Sequence record: MZ189261.1
Reading direction: 5' to 3' (one strand)
From: Escherichia phage S143_2
Length of the DNA stretch: 64,000 bases
How positions within the stretch are numbered: position 1 is the stretch's first letter; each line of letters begins with the position of its first letter. The notes beneath the pieces are model-generated. The model did not search any database and had not been told where the DNA came from. It worked only from the letters and a program-made list of their open reading frames with translations. Below, one piece after another: positions 46,246-57,537 of this stretch. The position numbers were made by a program, and so were the translations under genes.

Positions 46246-46830
46246 TTAACGCAAGGAAGGGTGCCTAGAAATGGATTTAGATTCGACAGCTTGGAGTGGT
46301 TGTTGAGATACAATGACTTCGCCATCCTTTTCTATCGTCATATACGCGTAGTGAATAGTTGCTACGCACGTAACGGCAGGATCAGAATCTTCAGTGTAAC
46401 TAAATTCAATTTCGCTCAAATCAGAAATCCATGGTTTATAGAAATTTGCCGTCAAAACGACTTCAGTCTTATTGTTGTTTAAAATGTGCAAAGTAACAAA
46501 CTCAGGACCATCGGAGTGGGCCGTATTATGCCCGGTTATATAGTTATTAGTGCTGAGCATCCATTTATACATGTTCATCCAGGACGTCATGTCTTCATCA
46601 ACTATAAATCGTACAATAAAAGGGTCATATTCAAATGTAGTGCCTGCGCGCATTGCACGTCCTAACCCCATTGTGCCTGTCACAGTTTCAACAACAGGAA
46701 TTCTCACACCAGGTAGTGGAGCCGTTTGGGCATTGAGCACAAAACCTGAAGTTCGTGTACTATCCGGGATATCCACAACAAAGTTTGTTATATTTGTTTG
46801 GTTAAAAATCTGTCTCGCTGGACGAGTCAT
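46246..46830 (-). CDS. 3: tail completion/sheath stabiliser gp3 (start at ATG 46830)
   Basis: synteny 4-2-3-1; track start 46836 is GTG; longer than T4 gp3 (176 aa) so C-terminal extension or different start possible. Confidence 0.7.
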   Translation of the reverse strand: MTRPARQIFNQTNITNFVVDIPDSTRTSGFVLNAQTAPLPGVRIPVVETVTGTMGLGRAMRAGTTFEYDPFIVRFIVDEDMTSWMNMYKWMLSTNNYITGHNTAHSDGPEFVTLHILNNNKTEVVLTANFYKPWISDLSEIEFSYTEDSDPAVTCVATIHYAYMTIEKDGEVIVSQQPLQAVESKSISRHPSLR

Positions 46831-46932
46831 AAGCACCTCAAAAACGCTTTAATAAAAATGCAGTATAATGGTTTTAGGTCTCTTCCATTAATCCGGTTCA
46901 ACAGAATACCAGAAGAACGGAAGAGAATAGAA

Positions 46933-47754
46933 TTAAGATTTCCAAACAGTATTCGCAGAGAAACGTTTTCCTTTTGACATAAACTGCTGAGTAGGTAACA
47001 TGATTATGTTAGCCCAGTCTTTAGGAGCGATTTCTGTTATTGTTCCTCTAATGTGGCCTGGCAGGTATGCTTTAATCATTTTGTCAGCACCTTGAAATCC
47101 TTTCACCTTGCTCCAGTCTATCTTCAACTTTGTGTTATTAGTAATAGTAGTTGTGCTAGCATATTGCTTCAGCAATTCTTCAAGAAACTGTTGTCGTGCT
47201 TTAGGTGGGATATAGTGCAAGTTTAACCCGTACATCAAATTATGTTTACCTAATCCTAAATAAATAATCAAAGGATATCGGTCCCAGTACGGCAGAGTAT
47301 CTTTATGTTTAGCATCATAAACGTAAGTATAAATTTTGCCTGGCGTAGGCTTGACTACTTTATGACCTTTTACACTTTTCTTAATTGTTTCAACGAACCA
47401 CTTAGATGATTTGTTGTTTACTGCTGCGCCTTCATTTCTAATCTTTTCTCGTATTGAACTGCGAAACGAGTTTATCATCAGAAGTTGACGTTCTTGCTTA
47501 TTGAGTTTATTTTTAGGTTTAGATTCAAGCGTTTCAATTTTCTGTGCAGTCTTAATAGATGATGCATATCTAGACATTGCAGATGTAAACGACGAGTATT
47601 TTATTCCTTTTGATTCTGCAAATGCTTTTGCAGTGATTCCTTTCTCTTTAGCTTTCTTGTATTCTAATCCTATCTCAATCCATTTTCTTTCATTCATAGA
47701 CTGAGCAATCTTAGGGGCTTGTACGCCTTCAGATATAATTTGGAATATGCTCAT
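46933..47754 (-). CDS. 2: DNA end protector gp2
   Basis: 273 aa (T4 gp2 274 aa); synteny. Confidence 0.85.
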   Translation of the reverse strand: MSIFQIISEGVQAPKIAQSMNERKWIEIGLEYKKAKEKGITAKAFAESKGIKYSSFTSAMSRYASSIKTAQKIETLESKPKNKLNKQERQLLMINSFRSSIREKIRNEGAAVNNKSSKWFVETIKKSVKGHKVVKPTPGKIYTYVYDAKHKDTLPYWDRYPLIIYLGLGKHNLMYGLNLHYIPPKARQQFLEELLKQYASTTTITNNTKLKIDWSKVKGFQGADKMIKAYLPGHIRGTITEIAPKDWANIIMLPTQQFMSKGKRFSANTVWKS

Positions 47755-47756
47755 AA

Positions 47757-48206
47757 TTACCCCTTGTATCCGAGTTTCCTAAGTCCGTCTTCGGTTAGAA
47801 CTCGAAATTTTATATTTCTCTTTTCTGCGACAGCAGAAGCAGCTTTCCATTTGTCGCAGTTCACAGACCAGGTGTATATTTCATTCATATAACGTTTCTT
47901 TGCTGCGGTAGTAAGATTTGCAGGCTTAATAGGTGGCTGAGTTTCTTTCTTTGGTTTTATTTCTACAAAGAACTCTTGACCTGATGCATCTTTCATCCAT
48001 ATGTCCATATAGTATCGACGTTTCTTACCTTCAGCATTACAAAAATATGGAATTACTGCCGTTTCGCTGCCCCATGCAATAATTTCTGGATTTTTATCCA
48101 ACCATTCGAAAAAGAATTTTTCCCAGTTTGAACGATACGTTATTTTGGTATGGTCTCCACGGTATTTTTTTAAATTTTTCGGGACCCATTTACCAGAGTA
48201 GGCCAT
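47757..48206 (-). CDS. 4: head completion protein gp4
   Basis: 150 aa from ATG 48206 ([11 protein letters not shown]...), preceded by AAGGAGG; T4 gp4 is 150 aa. Confidence 0.85.
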   Translation of the reverse strand: MAYSGKWVPKNLKKYRGDHTKITYRSNWEKFFFEWLDKNPEIIAWGSETAVIPYFCNAEGKKRRYYMDIWMKDASGQEFFVEIKPKKETQPPIKPANLTTAAKKRYMNEIYTWSVNCDKWKAASAVAEKRNIKFRVLTEDGLRKLGYKG

Positions 48207-48217
48207 GTTGTCCTCCT

Positions 48218-48225
48218 TATAAATA
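48218..48225 (+). promoter_or_regulatory. late promoter TATAAATA (for gene 53 operon)
   Basis: exact T4 late consensus TATAAATA 43 nt upstream of gene 53 start. Confidence 0.6.
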
Positions 48226-48232
48226 GTATTAT

Positions 48233-48240
48233 TATTTATA
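48233..48240 (-). promoter_or_regulatory. late promoter TATAAATA (for gene 4)
   Basis: exact TATAAATA on minus strand 27 nt upstream of gene 4 ATG. Confidence 0.6.
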
Positions 48241-48267
48241 CCAATTTCATATTGGAAGGAGACTATT

Positions 48268-48843
48268 TTGTTATTTACATTCTTCGACCCAATAGGATAT
48301 AGTGCTAAAACAGTTGATAAGAATGCACCTACTATTCCTATGACAGACATATTTCGTAACTATAAAGAGTACTTTAAACGTGTTGCTGCCAATTATAGAT
48401 TACGTTCTTATTATATTAAAGGCTCTCCACGTCCTGAAGAACTAGCAAACATAATTTATGGCAACCCTCAATTATACTGGGTCCTTTTGATGTGTAATGA
48501 TAACTATGATCCGTATTATGGTTGGATTACATCTCAGGAAGCAGCGTATCAAGCTTCTATTCAGAAATATGCTAATGCTGGCGGAGACCAAGTTCTTTAT
48601 CATATTAATGAAAATCGTGAGAAATTTTACAATTTGGTTTCATATCCGGATGAGCCATTAGTATGGTATGATAAAGGCGATAAAGCTCGTAAGTATCCAC
48701 AATATAAAGGACCTTTAGCTGCAGTAGATACTTATGAAGCGGCAGTATTAGATAATGAAAAACTTCGTAAAATAAAAATTGTTGCAAAAGAAGATATAAA
48801 CTCGTTTATCACAGATTTGATTCGTGAGATGGAGATTGCATAA
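48268..48843 (+). CDS. 53: baseplate wedge protein gp53
   Basis: 191 aa; LFTFFDPIGYSAKTVDKNAPTIPMTDIFRNYK matches T4 gp53; initiator is TTG with AAGGAG 7 nt upstream. Confidence 0.9.
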   Translation: MLFTFFDPIGYSAKTVDKNAPTIPMTDIFRNYKEYFKRVAANYRLRSYYIKGSPRPEELANIIYGNPQLYWVLLMCNDNYDPYYGWITSQEAAYQASIQKYANAGGDQVLYHINENREKFYNLVSYPDEPLVWYDKGDKARKYPQYKGPLAAVDTYEAAVLDNEKLRKIKIVAKEDINSFITDLIREMEIA

Positions 48844-50576
48844 TGGAAATGATTAGCAGTAGCCTTAATTGGTTCGTTGGTGTTGTCGAGGACAGAATGG
48901 ACCCATTAAAACAAGGGCGAGTTCGAGTTCGAGTCGTTGGTCTTCATCCGGCGCAGAGAACACAAGGTGATGTACAAGGTATTCCTACAGAAAAACTTCC
49001 ATGGATGACTGTTATTCAACCTATTACGTCTGCATCAATGTCAGGTATTGGTGGTTCTGTTACAGGTCCTGTTGAAGGAACTCGAGTATATGGTCATTTC
49101 TTAGACAAATGGAAAACAAACGGGATTGTACTTGGTACATATGGCGGAATAGTACGTGAAAAGCCTAATAGACTTGAAGGTTTTTCAGACCCGACAGGTC
49201 AGTATCCGCGACGTTTAGGTAATGATACGAACGTATTAAACCAAGGTGGTGAAGCTGGTTATTATTCGAACTCTAACGTAATTCAAGATAACAACTTGGA
49301 TTACGGTATAAACCCAGATGATACAGATTTAGCAAATATTCCAGAAGATGACGACCCTAATTTTACAATAACAGAAATGTTACGTCGTGATGAAGGTCTT
49401 CGTGATAAAGTGTATTGGGACCATCTCGGGTATCCTACAGTAGGTATTGGACACCTTATCGTAATGGAAAAGACCCGAGATATGTCTCGAATTAATAAAT
49501 TGTTATCTGATCAAGTAGGGCGTGAAGTAACAGGAAATCCTGGAACTATTACATTAGAAGAAGCAACAGCGTTATTTGAGAAGGACCTTGCTAAGATGCA
49601 GAAAGACATTCGTTCTAATTCTAAAGTAGGTCCTGTTTATGCTAAAATGAACAGATCTCGTCAAATGGCATTAGAAAACATGTGCTTCCAGATGGGCGTT
49701 GGTGGTGTAGCAAAATTCAATACTATGCTTAAAGCAATGGCCACAGGTGATTGGAAAACCGCATACAAATCTGGACGCGATTCGTTATGGTTCCAACAGA
49801 CTAAAGGGCGTGCTTCACGTGTAACAACAATTATTTTAACTGGTAACATGGAATCATATGGCGTTCCTGTTAAAACACCACCTTCACCAGGAGTTGGTGC
49901 TGATTTAGTTACTAGAAATACCGATCCAGAAGACCCGGCTGGTCCTCCTGTTCCGTTAGATTCACGTATCCTTTTTAAAGAACCTGAATCAAGTTATCGT
50001 GGTGAATATCCATACGTTCATGCTATGGAAACAGAAAGCGGTCATATCCAAGAATTTGACGATACTCCAGGTAATGAACGTTATCGCTTAGTTCATCCAA
50101 CAGGGTCATATGAGGAAGTTTCTCCGTCTGGGCGTCGTACTCGTAAAACTGTAGAAGACCTTTTTGACATCACTAATGGCGATGGGAACTTCTTGATTTC
50201 TGGTGATAAACTTGTTAACGTTGGTGCTAATGAAATATATTATAACATGGCAGACCGCCTCCATCAAATAGACGGCAATGACACAATCTTTATTCGTGGT
50301 AACCAATCTAAAACTGTTGAAGGCGATGGAACTCTTTACGTTAAGGGTAATATCAAAATAGTTGTTGACGGAAATGCAGATATTCTTGTTAAAGGTGATG
50401 CTAAAACTCAGGTCGAAGGGAATCATGATTACACAGTCAACGGAAACGTTAAATGGACTGTTAATGGTAATGTTGATATGACTGTTGCCGGTGATTGGGC
50501 AGAAACAATGTCTACAATGAGCTCAGTAGCTTCAGGACAATACACTGTTGACGGATCTCGTATTGATATTGGGTAA
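48843..50576 (+). CDS. 5: baseplate hub and tail lysozyme gp5
   Basis: 577 aa; OB-fold N-term, lysozyme domain (EMLRRDEGLRDKVYWDHLGYPTVGIGHL), C-terminal VxGxxxxx beta-helix repeats. Confidence 0.95.
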   Translation: MEMISSSLNWFVGVVEDRMDPLKQGRVRVRVVGLHPAQRTQGDVQGIPTEKLPWMTVIQPITSASMSGIGGSVTGPVEGTRVYGHFLDKWKTNGIVLGTYGGIVREKPNRLEGFSDPTGQYPRRLGNDTNVLNQGGEAGYYSNSNVIQDNNLDYGINPDDTDLANIPEDDDPNFTITEMLRRDEGLRDKVYWDHLGYPTVGIGHLIVMEKTRDMSRINKLLSDQVGREVTGNPGTITLEEATALFEKDLAKMQKDIRSNSKVGPVYAKMNRSRQMALENMCFQMGVGGVAKFNTMLKAMATGDWKTAYKSGRDSLWFQQTKGRASRVTTIILTGNMESYGVPVKTPPSPGVGADLVTRNTDPEDPAGPPVPLDSRILFKEPESSYRGEYPYVHAMETESGHIQEFDDTPGNERYRLVHPTGSYEEVSPSGRRTRKTVEDLFDITNGDGNFLISGDKLVNVGANEIYYNMADRLHQIDGNDTIFIRGNQSKTVEGDGTLYVKGNIKIVVDGNADILVKGDAKTQVEGNHDYTVNGNVKWTVNGNVDMTVAGDWAETMSTMSSVASGQYTVDGSRIDIG

Positions 50577-50579
50577 TAT

Positions 50580-51095
50580 ATGGCACAAATACTTCCTTTA
50601 AATACCGACTTAGGAGAAGACATGGAAGGGGCGTCTATTGACGTCCTTTTTACTCCACAGTTAGAAACAACCGAAACTTTAGTGTCAATAAATATAACAG
50701 ATTATGAACCGACACAAGGCATTACGGTGGATGGTAACCGTTTATATGGAACATATGAAAGTGTGTTTAGCTTTTCTTCAGATGCATTGAAATACCGATT
50801 AAATGATGATTTTGAAACCGCATCTTCATGGGATGATTTACCAAAAGATGAATCTACACAGTTATATTTGTGGAGAGCTCCTCAGAATCTTCGTAAAGTG
50901 TTTAGTTATACGGTTGAAATGATTTATAACTACCAAGAAGAAAGTTCATCAGGCGGTTCTAGAAGTGACTCTGGTACAGAACCTCCACCGGCTCCAGTAC
51001 AAAAAACTCTTACTAAGGTTTATACAAAAACTATAGTAGGAAATTGGAGCAAATGGGCTCATCAATTACGAAACTATGTTTATGTGAGGCCGTGA
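50580..51095 (+). CDS. hypothetical protein (gene 5.1 position)
   Basis: 171-aa ORF between 5 and 5.4. Confidence 0.5.
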   Translation: MAQILPLNTDLGEDMEGASIDVLFTPQLETTETLVSINITDYEPTQGITVDGNRLYGTYESVFSFSSDALKYRLNDDFETASSWDDLPKDESTQLYLWRAPQNLRKVFSYTVEMIYNYQEESSSGGSRSDSGTEPPPAPVQKTLTKVYTKTIVGNWSKWAHQLRNYVYVRP

Positions 51096-51097
51096 AA

Positions 51098-51391
51098 ATG
51101 TCAGGCTTAAGTTACGACAAGTGCGTTACAACAGGTCATGAAGCATGGCCTCCTACTGTAATAAATGCTTCCCAATCTAAAGTATTCACCGGCGGTATTC
51201 CTGTTCTTGTGGCAGGAGACCAAATAACACCCCATACAGAAATTAAAAAACCATACGAGACTCATGGAGGTGTTACTGAACCTCGTACATCTAAAGTATA
51301 CGTCACCGGTAAAAAGGCTGTTCAAATGGCTGACCCAATTTCATGCGGGGATACTGTTTCTCAGGCCTCGTCAAAAGTCTTTATAAAATAG
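51098..51391 (+). CDS. 5.4: PAAR-repeat spike tip protein gp5.4
   Basis: 97 aa from ATG 51098 ([19 protein letters not shown]...); size equals T4 gp5.4; track start 51044 extends upstream. Confidence 0.7.
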   Translation: MSGLSYDKCVTTGHEAWPPTVINASQSKVFTGGIPVLVAGDQITPHTEIKKPYETHGGVTEPRTSKVYVTGKKAVQMADPISCGDTVSQASSKVFIK

Positions 51392-51399
51392 GAATTAAA

Positions 51400-53373
51400 A
51401 TGGCAAACACTCCTGTAAATTATCAATTAACCCGAACAGCGAATGCTATTCCCGAGATTTTTATCGGGGGCACATTTGCCGAAATCAAACAGAACATTAT
51501 TGAATGGCTCAATGGGCAGAATGAATTTCTTGATTATGATTTTGAAGGTTCACGCTTAAACGTATTGTGCGACCTTTTAGCATATAACACTCTTTACATC
51601 CAACAGTTCAGTAATAGTGCAGTGTATGAAAGTTTTATGCGTACTGCAAACTTGCGTAGTTCTGTTGTACAAGCGGCTCAAGATAACGGATATCTGCCTT
51701 CATCTAAATCAGCAGCACAAACAGAAATTATGCTCACATGTACGGATGCATTAAATAGAAACTATATCACCATTCCGCGTGGCACTCGTTTCTTAGCATA
51801 CGCTAAAGATACTTCTGTTAACCCGTATAACTTTGTTTCTACTGAAGATGTCATTGTAGTTAAAGACAAAAATAACCAATATTTCCCACGTCTTCGATTA
51901 GCTCAGGGACGTATTGTTCGTACTGAATTAACATTTGATAAATTAAAACCTATCATTATTCGTGATAAGAACATTGACCGTAATTTAGTTAAGTTGTACG
52001 TTGATGGAGCAGAATGGATTAACTGGACACGTAAGTCGATGGTTCACGCTGGTTCTACGTCAACGATCTATTATATGCGTGAAACAGTTGATGGGAACAC
52101 CGAATTTTATTTTGGTGAAGGCGAAATCTCTATTAACACGTCAGAAGGTGCGTTAACGTCTAACTATATTGGTGGCCTTAAACCTGTTCAGGGTTCTAAA
52201 ATCGTAATTGAGTATATTTCTACTAATGGCGCAGATGCTAACGGTGCTGTAGGATTTTCTTATGCTGATACATTAGCTAATATCACGGTAATCGATATTA
52301 ACGAGAACCCTAGCAATAACCCAGACTTTGTTGGGGCCGACGGCGGTGGTGACCCTGAAGATATTGAACGTATCCGCGAATTAGGCACAATTAAACGCGA
52401 AACTCAACAACGTTGTGTAACCGCTTCCGACTATGACACATTCGTCTCTGAGCGGTTTGGTTCTATTATTCAAGCAGTTCAAACATTCACAGATTCGTCT
52501 AAACCTGGGTATGCATACATTGCTGCTAAGCCTAAATCTGGATTGTATTTGACTTCTGTCCAACGTGATGATATCAAAAACTATTTGAATGATTATAACT
52601 TAGGGACTATTACACCTGTTGTTATTTCGCCTGATTATTTGTTTATCAAAATGAATATCAAAGTTACATACGCGTTGAATAAACTCCAAGAATCAGAACA
52701 ATATCTTGAAGGGCAGATTATTAATAAAATTGACCGTTATTATATTGAAGATGTAGAAATTTTTAACTCATCGTTTGCAAAATCTAAAATGCTAACTTAT
52801 GTCGATGATGCAGATATTTCTATTATTGGTTCTTCAGCTACTATTCAAATGGTTCGCGAAGTACAAAACTTCTATAAAACGCCTGAGGCCGGTATTAAAT
52901 ACAATAATCAGATTAAAGATAGATCGATGGAATCTAATATATTCTCGTTTGATTCGCACAGACCTAATCCAGAAAATGCAAACGAAACTATTAAATACGG
53001 TGTTCGCATAGTATCTTCCGACCGTAATGACCGTGGCATAGGTCAAGTTATTATTGGTCCATTTGCAGACGGTGATGTTGTTGAAAACGAAAATATACAA
53101 CCTTATACAGGTAATGATTTTAATAAACTTACTGTTACTGACGGACGAAACAAATACTATTCAATTGGTGAAGTGAATTATCCTGCCGATTCGATTTATT
53201 GGAACATTGCTAAAATTGACCTCACTTCAGACCGTTTTGAAGTTCAAACAATTGAACTTTATTCCGACCCTGCAGATGATATTATTTTTACAAAGGATGG
53301 TTCTTTAATCGTATTCGAAAATGACTTACGTCCTCAGTACTTAACTATAGATTTGGAGCCTATTTCACAATGA
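51400..53373 (+). CDS. 6: baseplate wedge protein gp6
   Basis: 657 aa from ATG 51400: MANTPVNYQLTRTANAIPEIFIGG matches T4 gp6. Confidence 0.95.
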   Translation: MANTPVNYQLTRTANAIPEIFIGGTFAEIKQNIIEWLNGQNEFLDYDFEGSRLNVLCDLLAYNTLYIQQFSNSAVYESFMRTANLRSSVVQAAQDNGYLPSSKSAAQTEIMLTCTDALNRNYITIPRGTRFLAYAKDTSVNPYNFVSTEDVIVVKDKNNQYFPRLRLAQGRIVRTELTFDKLKPIIIRDKNIDRNLVKLYVDGAEWINWTRKSMVHAGSTSTIYYMRETVDGNTEFYFGEGEISINTSEGALTSNYIGGLKPVQGSKIVIEYISTNGADANGAVGFSYADTLANITVIDINENPSNNPDFVGADGGGDPEDIERIRELGTIKRETQQRCVTASDYDTFVSERFGSIIQAVQTFTDSSKPGYAYIAAKPKSGLYLTSVQRDDIKNYLNDYNLGTITPVVISPDYLFIKMNIKVTYALNKLQESEQYLEGQIINKIDRYYIEDVEIFNSSFAKSKMLTYVDDADISIIGSSATIQMVREVQNFYKTPEAGIKYNNQIKDRSMESNIFSFDSHRPNPENANETIKYGVRIVSSDRNDRGIGQVIIGPFADGDVVENENIQPYTGNDFNKLTVTDGRNKYYSIGEVNYPADSIYWNIAKIDLTSDRFEVQTIELYSDPADDIIFTKDGSLIVFENDLRPQYLTIDLEPISQ

Positions 53374-56300
53374 CAGTAAAAGCGCCAGCAGTCACAAGTC
53401 TCAGAATATCCAAGTTGTCCGCTAACCAAGTTCAAATACGCTGGGATGACGTTGGTGCTAATTTCTACTATTTCGTAGAAATCGCTGAGACTAAAACGGC
53501 GGATGGGGAAATAATTCCACCTGCCAGCTACAGATGGATAAATTTAGGATATACTCCTAATAGCAACTGGTTCGAAAGTAGCTTAGACCCATTAACTTCT
53601 TATATTATTCGTGTATCAACTGCCGCCGAAGGCTTCGAGAGATCTGATTGGGTATATACCGAAATATTTGAATCATTTCAGACTAACGCGTATACATTTC
53701 AACATATGATTGAAATGCAATTGGCTAACACTTTTATTAGAGAAAAATTTACAAATAACAACACGGCTTATGTCGATTTTAATAAAGACACTATAATGGC
53801 AGCTCTAATGAATGAATCATTCCAATTTAGCCCTGCTTATGCGGATATTTCATCTATTAAAAATTTCATTATTGGCGAAAATGAGTATCATGAAATTCAA
53901 GGTTCTATTCAACAGGTGTGTCATGATATAAACCGTGTTTATTTGATGGAATCCGAAGGAATTCTTTATTTGTTTGAACGGTATCAGCCTGTGGTTAAAG
54001 TCTCTAATGATAAGGGACAAACCTGGAAATCGGTTAAATTGTTTAATGACCGTGTAGGGTACCCTGTATCAAGAACAGTGTATTACCAGACAGATTATAC
54101 CACGTATGTTCTTGGGTATGATAAATTATTTTACGGCCGTAAATCAACTGACGTTCGTTGGTCTGCTGATGATGTGAGATTTAGTTCTCAAGATATAACA
54201 TTTGCTAAAATTGGTGACCAGTTAAATTTAGGATTTGATGTAGAAATATTTGGTAACTACGCATCATTACCTGCTAACGTATCACGTATTGCAGAAGCTA
54301 TCGTTTGCAATGACGATTACGTATATGTTGCTGCTCGAGATAAAGTTCGGTTTATTAAAACTAGTAATGCCCCTATTGATTCAGACCCGTTATCTCCGAC
54401 ATATTCCGAACGTTTGTTTGAACAAGAAACATTTAACATCACAGGTAACCCTAAGGCAGTTTGCTATAAAATGGATTCTGTCGGTGGTAAAATATTTGCA
54501 CTGATTATCGGTGAAGTTGTTAATCTTAACGATGACCCGAGGACCACTCCTATTGTTGATTCTGCTGATAAAGGTGTTTACGTTCTAGACCATGATGCTG
54601 GCACATTTAAACGTGTGTTTGGTAATACTGAAGAAGAACGTCGCCGTATTGAACCAGGGTACACCAGTATGTCTACTGATGGTGTTGAGTTATCTATTTC
54701 ATCTAGTAATTTTAAATTTCTAGAATCGGATATTGTTGGTGACCCAAAAACACAAGTCAAGTATGGTTTAATCGGTGCTGTTAAATATGAGTATCCTCGT
54801 GAATGGCTGGCTGATAAACATTATCATATGATGGCATTTATTTCAACTGAAGACTCTCAATGGGAATCGTTCACTCCCCAACCAATGGAATACTATGCTG
54901 AGCCATTCTTTAGTTATTCTAGAAAGTCTGGTACTCGTTGTTGGATTAATAACTCAGACAAGGCCGTTGTAATTTATTCTGATTTACTTTACACTAAAGT
55001 TATTGAGAATCGTCCGCTTAGTTCTTCAGATCGAGAAGTTCATGAATATTGGAAGGATGGCGACTGTACAATAGTGATGCCTAACGTAGATTTCACCGGA
55101 TTTAAAAAATATGCATCCGGCATGATTTTCTATAAAGCATCAGGTGAGATTATTTCTTATTATGATTTTAGTTATCGTGTTAGAGATAACGTTTCTATAA
55201 TTTGGAAGCCTACTAATATATTCTTAACAGCATCGTTACAAAACCAAGAAAAAGATACCACATGGACTCCTGTAGAAGAGAACGGTATTGCAGACCCAGA
55301 TTTACGTCCATTGCTCACTACAATGATGCCAGAGTCTTATCTTTTAGATAATACAAACTTCGAAGCATTCTGCGAGGCTTATATTCAGTATCTTTCTGAC
55401 GGTTATGGGACCCATTATAACAACCTTTTGAATCTTATTAAAAATCAATATCCGCGAGAAGAACATGCGTGGGAATACTTATGGTCTGAGATTTATAAAC
55501 GAAACATTTACTTAAACGCCGAAAAACGCGATTTAGTGTCTCGTTTCTTTGAATCAAGAAGTTATGACTTCTATTCAACTAAAGGAACTGAAGCATCATA
55601 TAAATTCTTGTTTAAAGTGCTTTATAACGAAGATGTTGAAATTGAAATTGAATCTAGTTCCGGGACTGAATATGATATCATCATTGAATCTGATTCGTTG
55701 ACAGAAGATTTGGTCGGACAGACCATATACACCGCGACAGGACGTTGTAATGTGACGTATATCGAGAGAAGTTACTCTAAAGGTAAATTACAATGGACCG
55801 TAACAATTCACAACCTATTAGGTCGTTTAATCCAAGGACAGGAAGTTAAAGCTGAAAGACTCCCTGGTTTTGAAGGTGAAATTGTTCGTGGTATTAAAGG
55901 TAAGGAGCTTTCTCAGAACAACATCGATTACATAAATCGTGGTAGAGCATACTACGTAATGAAGATTAAATCTAAACTTCCATCATCTCGTTGGAAATCA
56001 GACGTATTACGTTTTGTTCATCCAGTTGGATTTGGATTTATCGCAATTACCCTTCTCACAATGTTTATTAACACCGGATTAACACTTAAACATGTTGAAA
56101 CCATTATTAATAAATACAAAAACTATAAGTGGGATTCTGGATTACCAACTAAATATGCAGACCGAGTGGCTAAATTAGACCCACAAGGAAATGTTGAGTT
56201 TAACCCTATTACAGGTGAAGCGATATATGAAATAGGCCCTATGGCTGGTCAAGATTATCCATTGCCTGAAGATTATAACGCTGAAAACAATAACTCCATA

Positions 56301-56468
56301 TTTCAAGGTCAACTTCCATCGGAACGACGTAAACTGATGAGCCCATTATTTGATGCGTCTGGAACAACATTCTCTAGATTTAGAGATTTGGTTGAACAGC
56401 GGTTAATCGATAATGTAGGAAATCCAAGAGACCCCGTGAATCCACCACAGGTTAAATTAGATGAATGA
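53370..56468 (+). CDS. 7: baseplate wedge protein gp7
   Basis: 1032 aa, identical length to T4 gp7; synteny. Confidence 0.95.
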   Translation: MTVKAPAVTSLRISKLSANQVQIRWDDVGANFYYFVEIAETKTADGEIIPPASYRWINLGYTPNSNWFESSLDPLTSYIIRVSTAAEGFERSDWVYTEIFESFQTNAYTFQHMIEMQLANTFIREKFTNNNTAYVDFNKDTIMAALMNESFQFSPAYADISSIKNFIIGENEYHEIQGSIQQVCHDINRVYLMESEGILYLFERYQPVVKVSNDKGQTWKSVKLFNDRVGYPVSRTVYYQTDYTTYVLGYDKLFYGRKSTDVRWSADDVRFSSQDITFAKIGDQLNLGFDVEIFGNYASLPANVSRIAEAIVCNDDYVYVAARDKVRFIKTSNAPIDSDPLSPTYSERLFEQETFNITGNPKAVCYKMDSVGGKIFALIIGEVVNLNDDPRTTPIVDSADKGVYVLDHDAGTFKRVFGNTEEERRRIEPGYTSMSTDGVELSISSSNFKFLESDIVGDPKTQVKYGLIGAVKYEYPREWLADKHYHMMAFISTEDSQWESFTPQPMEYYAEPFFSYSRKSGTRCWINNSDKAVVIYSDLLYTKVIENRPLSSSDREVHEYWKDGDCTIVMPNVDFTGFKKYASGMIFYKASGEIISYYDFSYRVRDNVSIIWKPTNIFLTASLQNQEKDTTWTPVEENGIADPDLRPLLTTMMPESYLLDNTNFEAFCEAYIQYLSDGYGTHYNNLLNLIKNQYPREEHAWEYLWSEIYKRNIYLNAEKRDLVSRFFESRSYDFYSTKGTEASYKFLFKVLYNEDVEIEIESSSGTEYDIIIESDSLTEDLVGQTIYTATGRCNVTYIERSYSKGKLQWTVTIHNLLGRLIQGQEVKAERLPGFEGEIVRGIKGKELSQNNIDYINRGRAYYVMKIKSKLPSSRWKSDVLRFVHPVGFGFIAITLLTMFINTGLTLKHVETIINKYKNYKWDSGLPTKYADRVAKLDPQGNVEFNPITGEAIYEIGPMAGQDYPLPEDYNAENNNSIFQGQLPSERRKLMSPLFDASGTTFSRFRDLVEQRLIDNVGNPRDPVNPPQVKLDE

Positions 56469-57465
56469 TTCAAGTGTTATCTATCGTGCAATAGTTACAT
56501 CAAAATTTAGAACAGAGAAAATGCTGAATTTTTATAATTCAGTTGGGGATGGAGATGATAAGAACTCCATTTATATTACGTTTGGACGTTCAGAGCCTTG
56601 GGCGTCAAATGAAAATGAGGTGGGCTTCGCCCCACCTTATCCTACAGATTCTGTTCTTGGTGTTACTGATATGTGGACCCATATGATGGGCACCGTTAAA
56701 GTTTTACCTTCAATGTTAGATTCTGTTATTCCTAGACGTGATTGGGGAGATGTGCGATATCCAGACCCTTACACGTTTAGAATTAACGATATAGTCGCAT
56801 GTAATACTGCTCCGTACAACGCGACAGAAGTTGGAGCTGGTTGGTTAATTTACCGTTGTTTAGATGTCCCTGACGTAGGGCTCTGTTCAATAGAATCTTT
56901 AGATAATAAAGATGAATGTCTTAAATTGGGTGGTAAATGGACTCCGTCTGTTCGTTCTATGTCTCCTCCTGAAGGCAGAGGCGATGCTAATGGGGTTATC
57001 GAAACCGGTGATGGATATATTTGGGAATATCTTTATGAGATTCCTGCTGATGTGTCAATTAACCGTTGCACTAACGAATATCTTGTAGTTCCATGGCCGG
57101 AAGAAATTAAAGAAGACCCCACCCGTTGGGGATATGAAAATAACTTAACTTGGCAACAAGATGACTACGGTTTGATTTACCGTGTTAAAGCTAATACGAT
57201 GCGGTTTAAAGCATATTTTGATTCTGTTTATTTCCCTGAGGCAGCTTTGCCTGGTAACAAGGGTTTTAGACAGATATCAATTATCGCAAACCCGTTAGAA
57301 GCTAAGAAAAATCCAAATGACCCTAATGTTAAAGCAGAAAAGGATTATTACGACCCTAGAGACCTGCAACGTCATTCCGGTGAAATGATTTATATGGAAA
57401 ACCGACCACCTGTTATTATGGCAATGGACCAAACAGAAGAAATTAACATTTTGTTTATGTTTTAA
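56461..57465 (+). CDS. 8: baseplate wedge protein gp8
   Basis: 334 aa, same as T4 gp8; 8-nt overlap with gene 7. Confidence 0.95.
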   Translation: MNDSSVIYRAIVTSKFRTEKMLNFYNSVGDGDDKNSIYITFGRSEPWASNENEVGFAPPYPTDSVLGVTDMWTHMMGTVKVLPSMLDSVIPRRDWGDVRYPDPYTFRINDIVACNTAPYNATEVGAGWLIYRCLDVPDVGLCSIESLDNKDECLKLGGKWTPSVRSMSPPEGRGDANGVIETGDGYIWEYLYEIPADVSINRCTNEYLVVPWPEEIKEDPTRWGYENNLTWQQDDYGLIYRVKANTMRFKAYFDSVYFPEAALPGNKGFRQISIIANPLEAKKNPNDPNVKAEKDYYDPRDLQRHSGEMIYMENRPPVIMAMDQTEEINILFMF

Positions 57466-57468
57466 TTA

Positions 57469-57493
57469 GGGAGCCTTCGGGCTCCCATTTTTG
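57469..57493 (+). terminator. rho-independent terminator after gene 8
   Basis: GGGAGCC-UUCG-GGCUCCC hairpin followed by AUUUUUG. Confidence 0.75.
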
Positions 57494-57497
57494 TATC

Positions 57498-57505
57498 TAT
57501 AAATA
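57498..57505 (+). promoter_or_regulatory. late promoter TATAAATA (for gene 9)
   Basis: exact late consensus 32 nt upstream of gene 9 ATG. Confidence 0.65.
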
Positions 57506-57537
57506 GAATATAATATCGGACAACAAAAGGCAGAATT

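Noticed and set aside
50106-50426. Minus-strand 106-aa ORF inside gene 5
   Set aside because: Lies within the gp5 beta-helix repeat region, whose repetitive codons give open reverse frames
51361-51399. Late promoter upstream of gene 6 (TATAAAAT)
   Set aside because: One mismatch from the TATAAATA consensus and only about 20 nt from the start codon; not called
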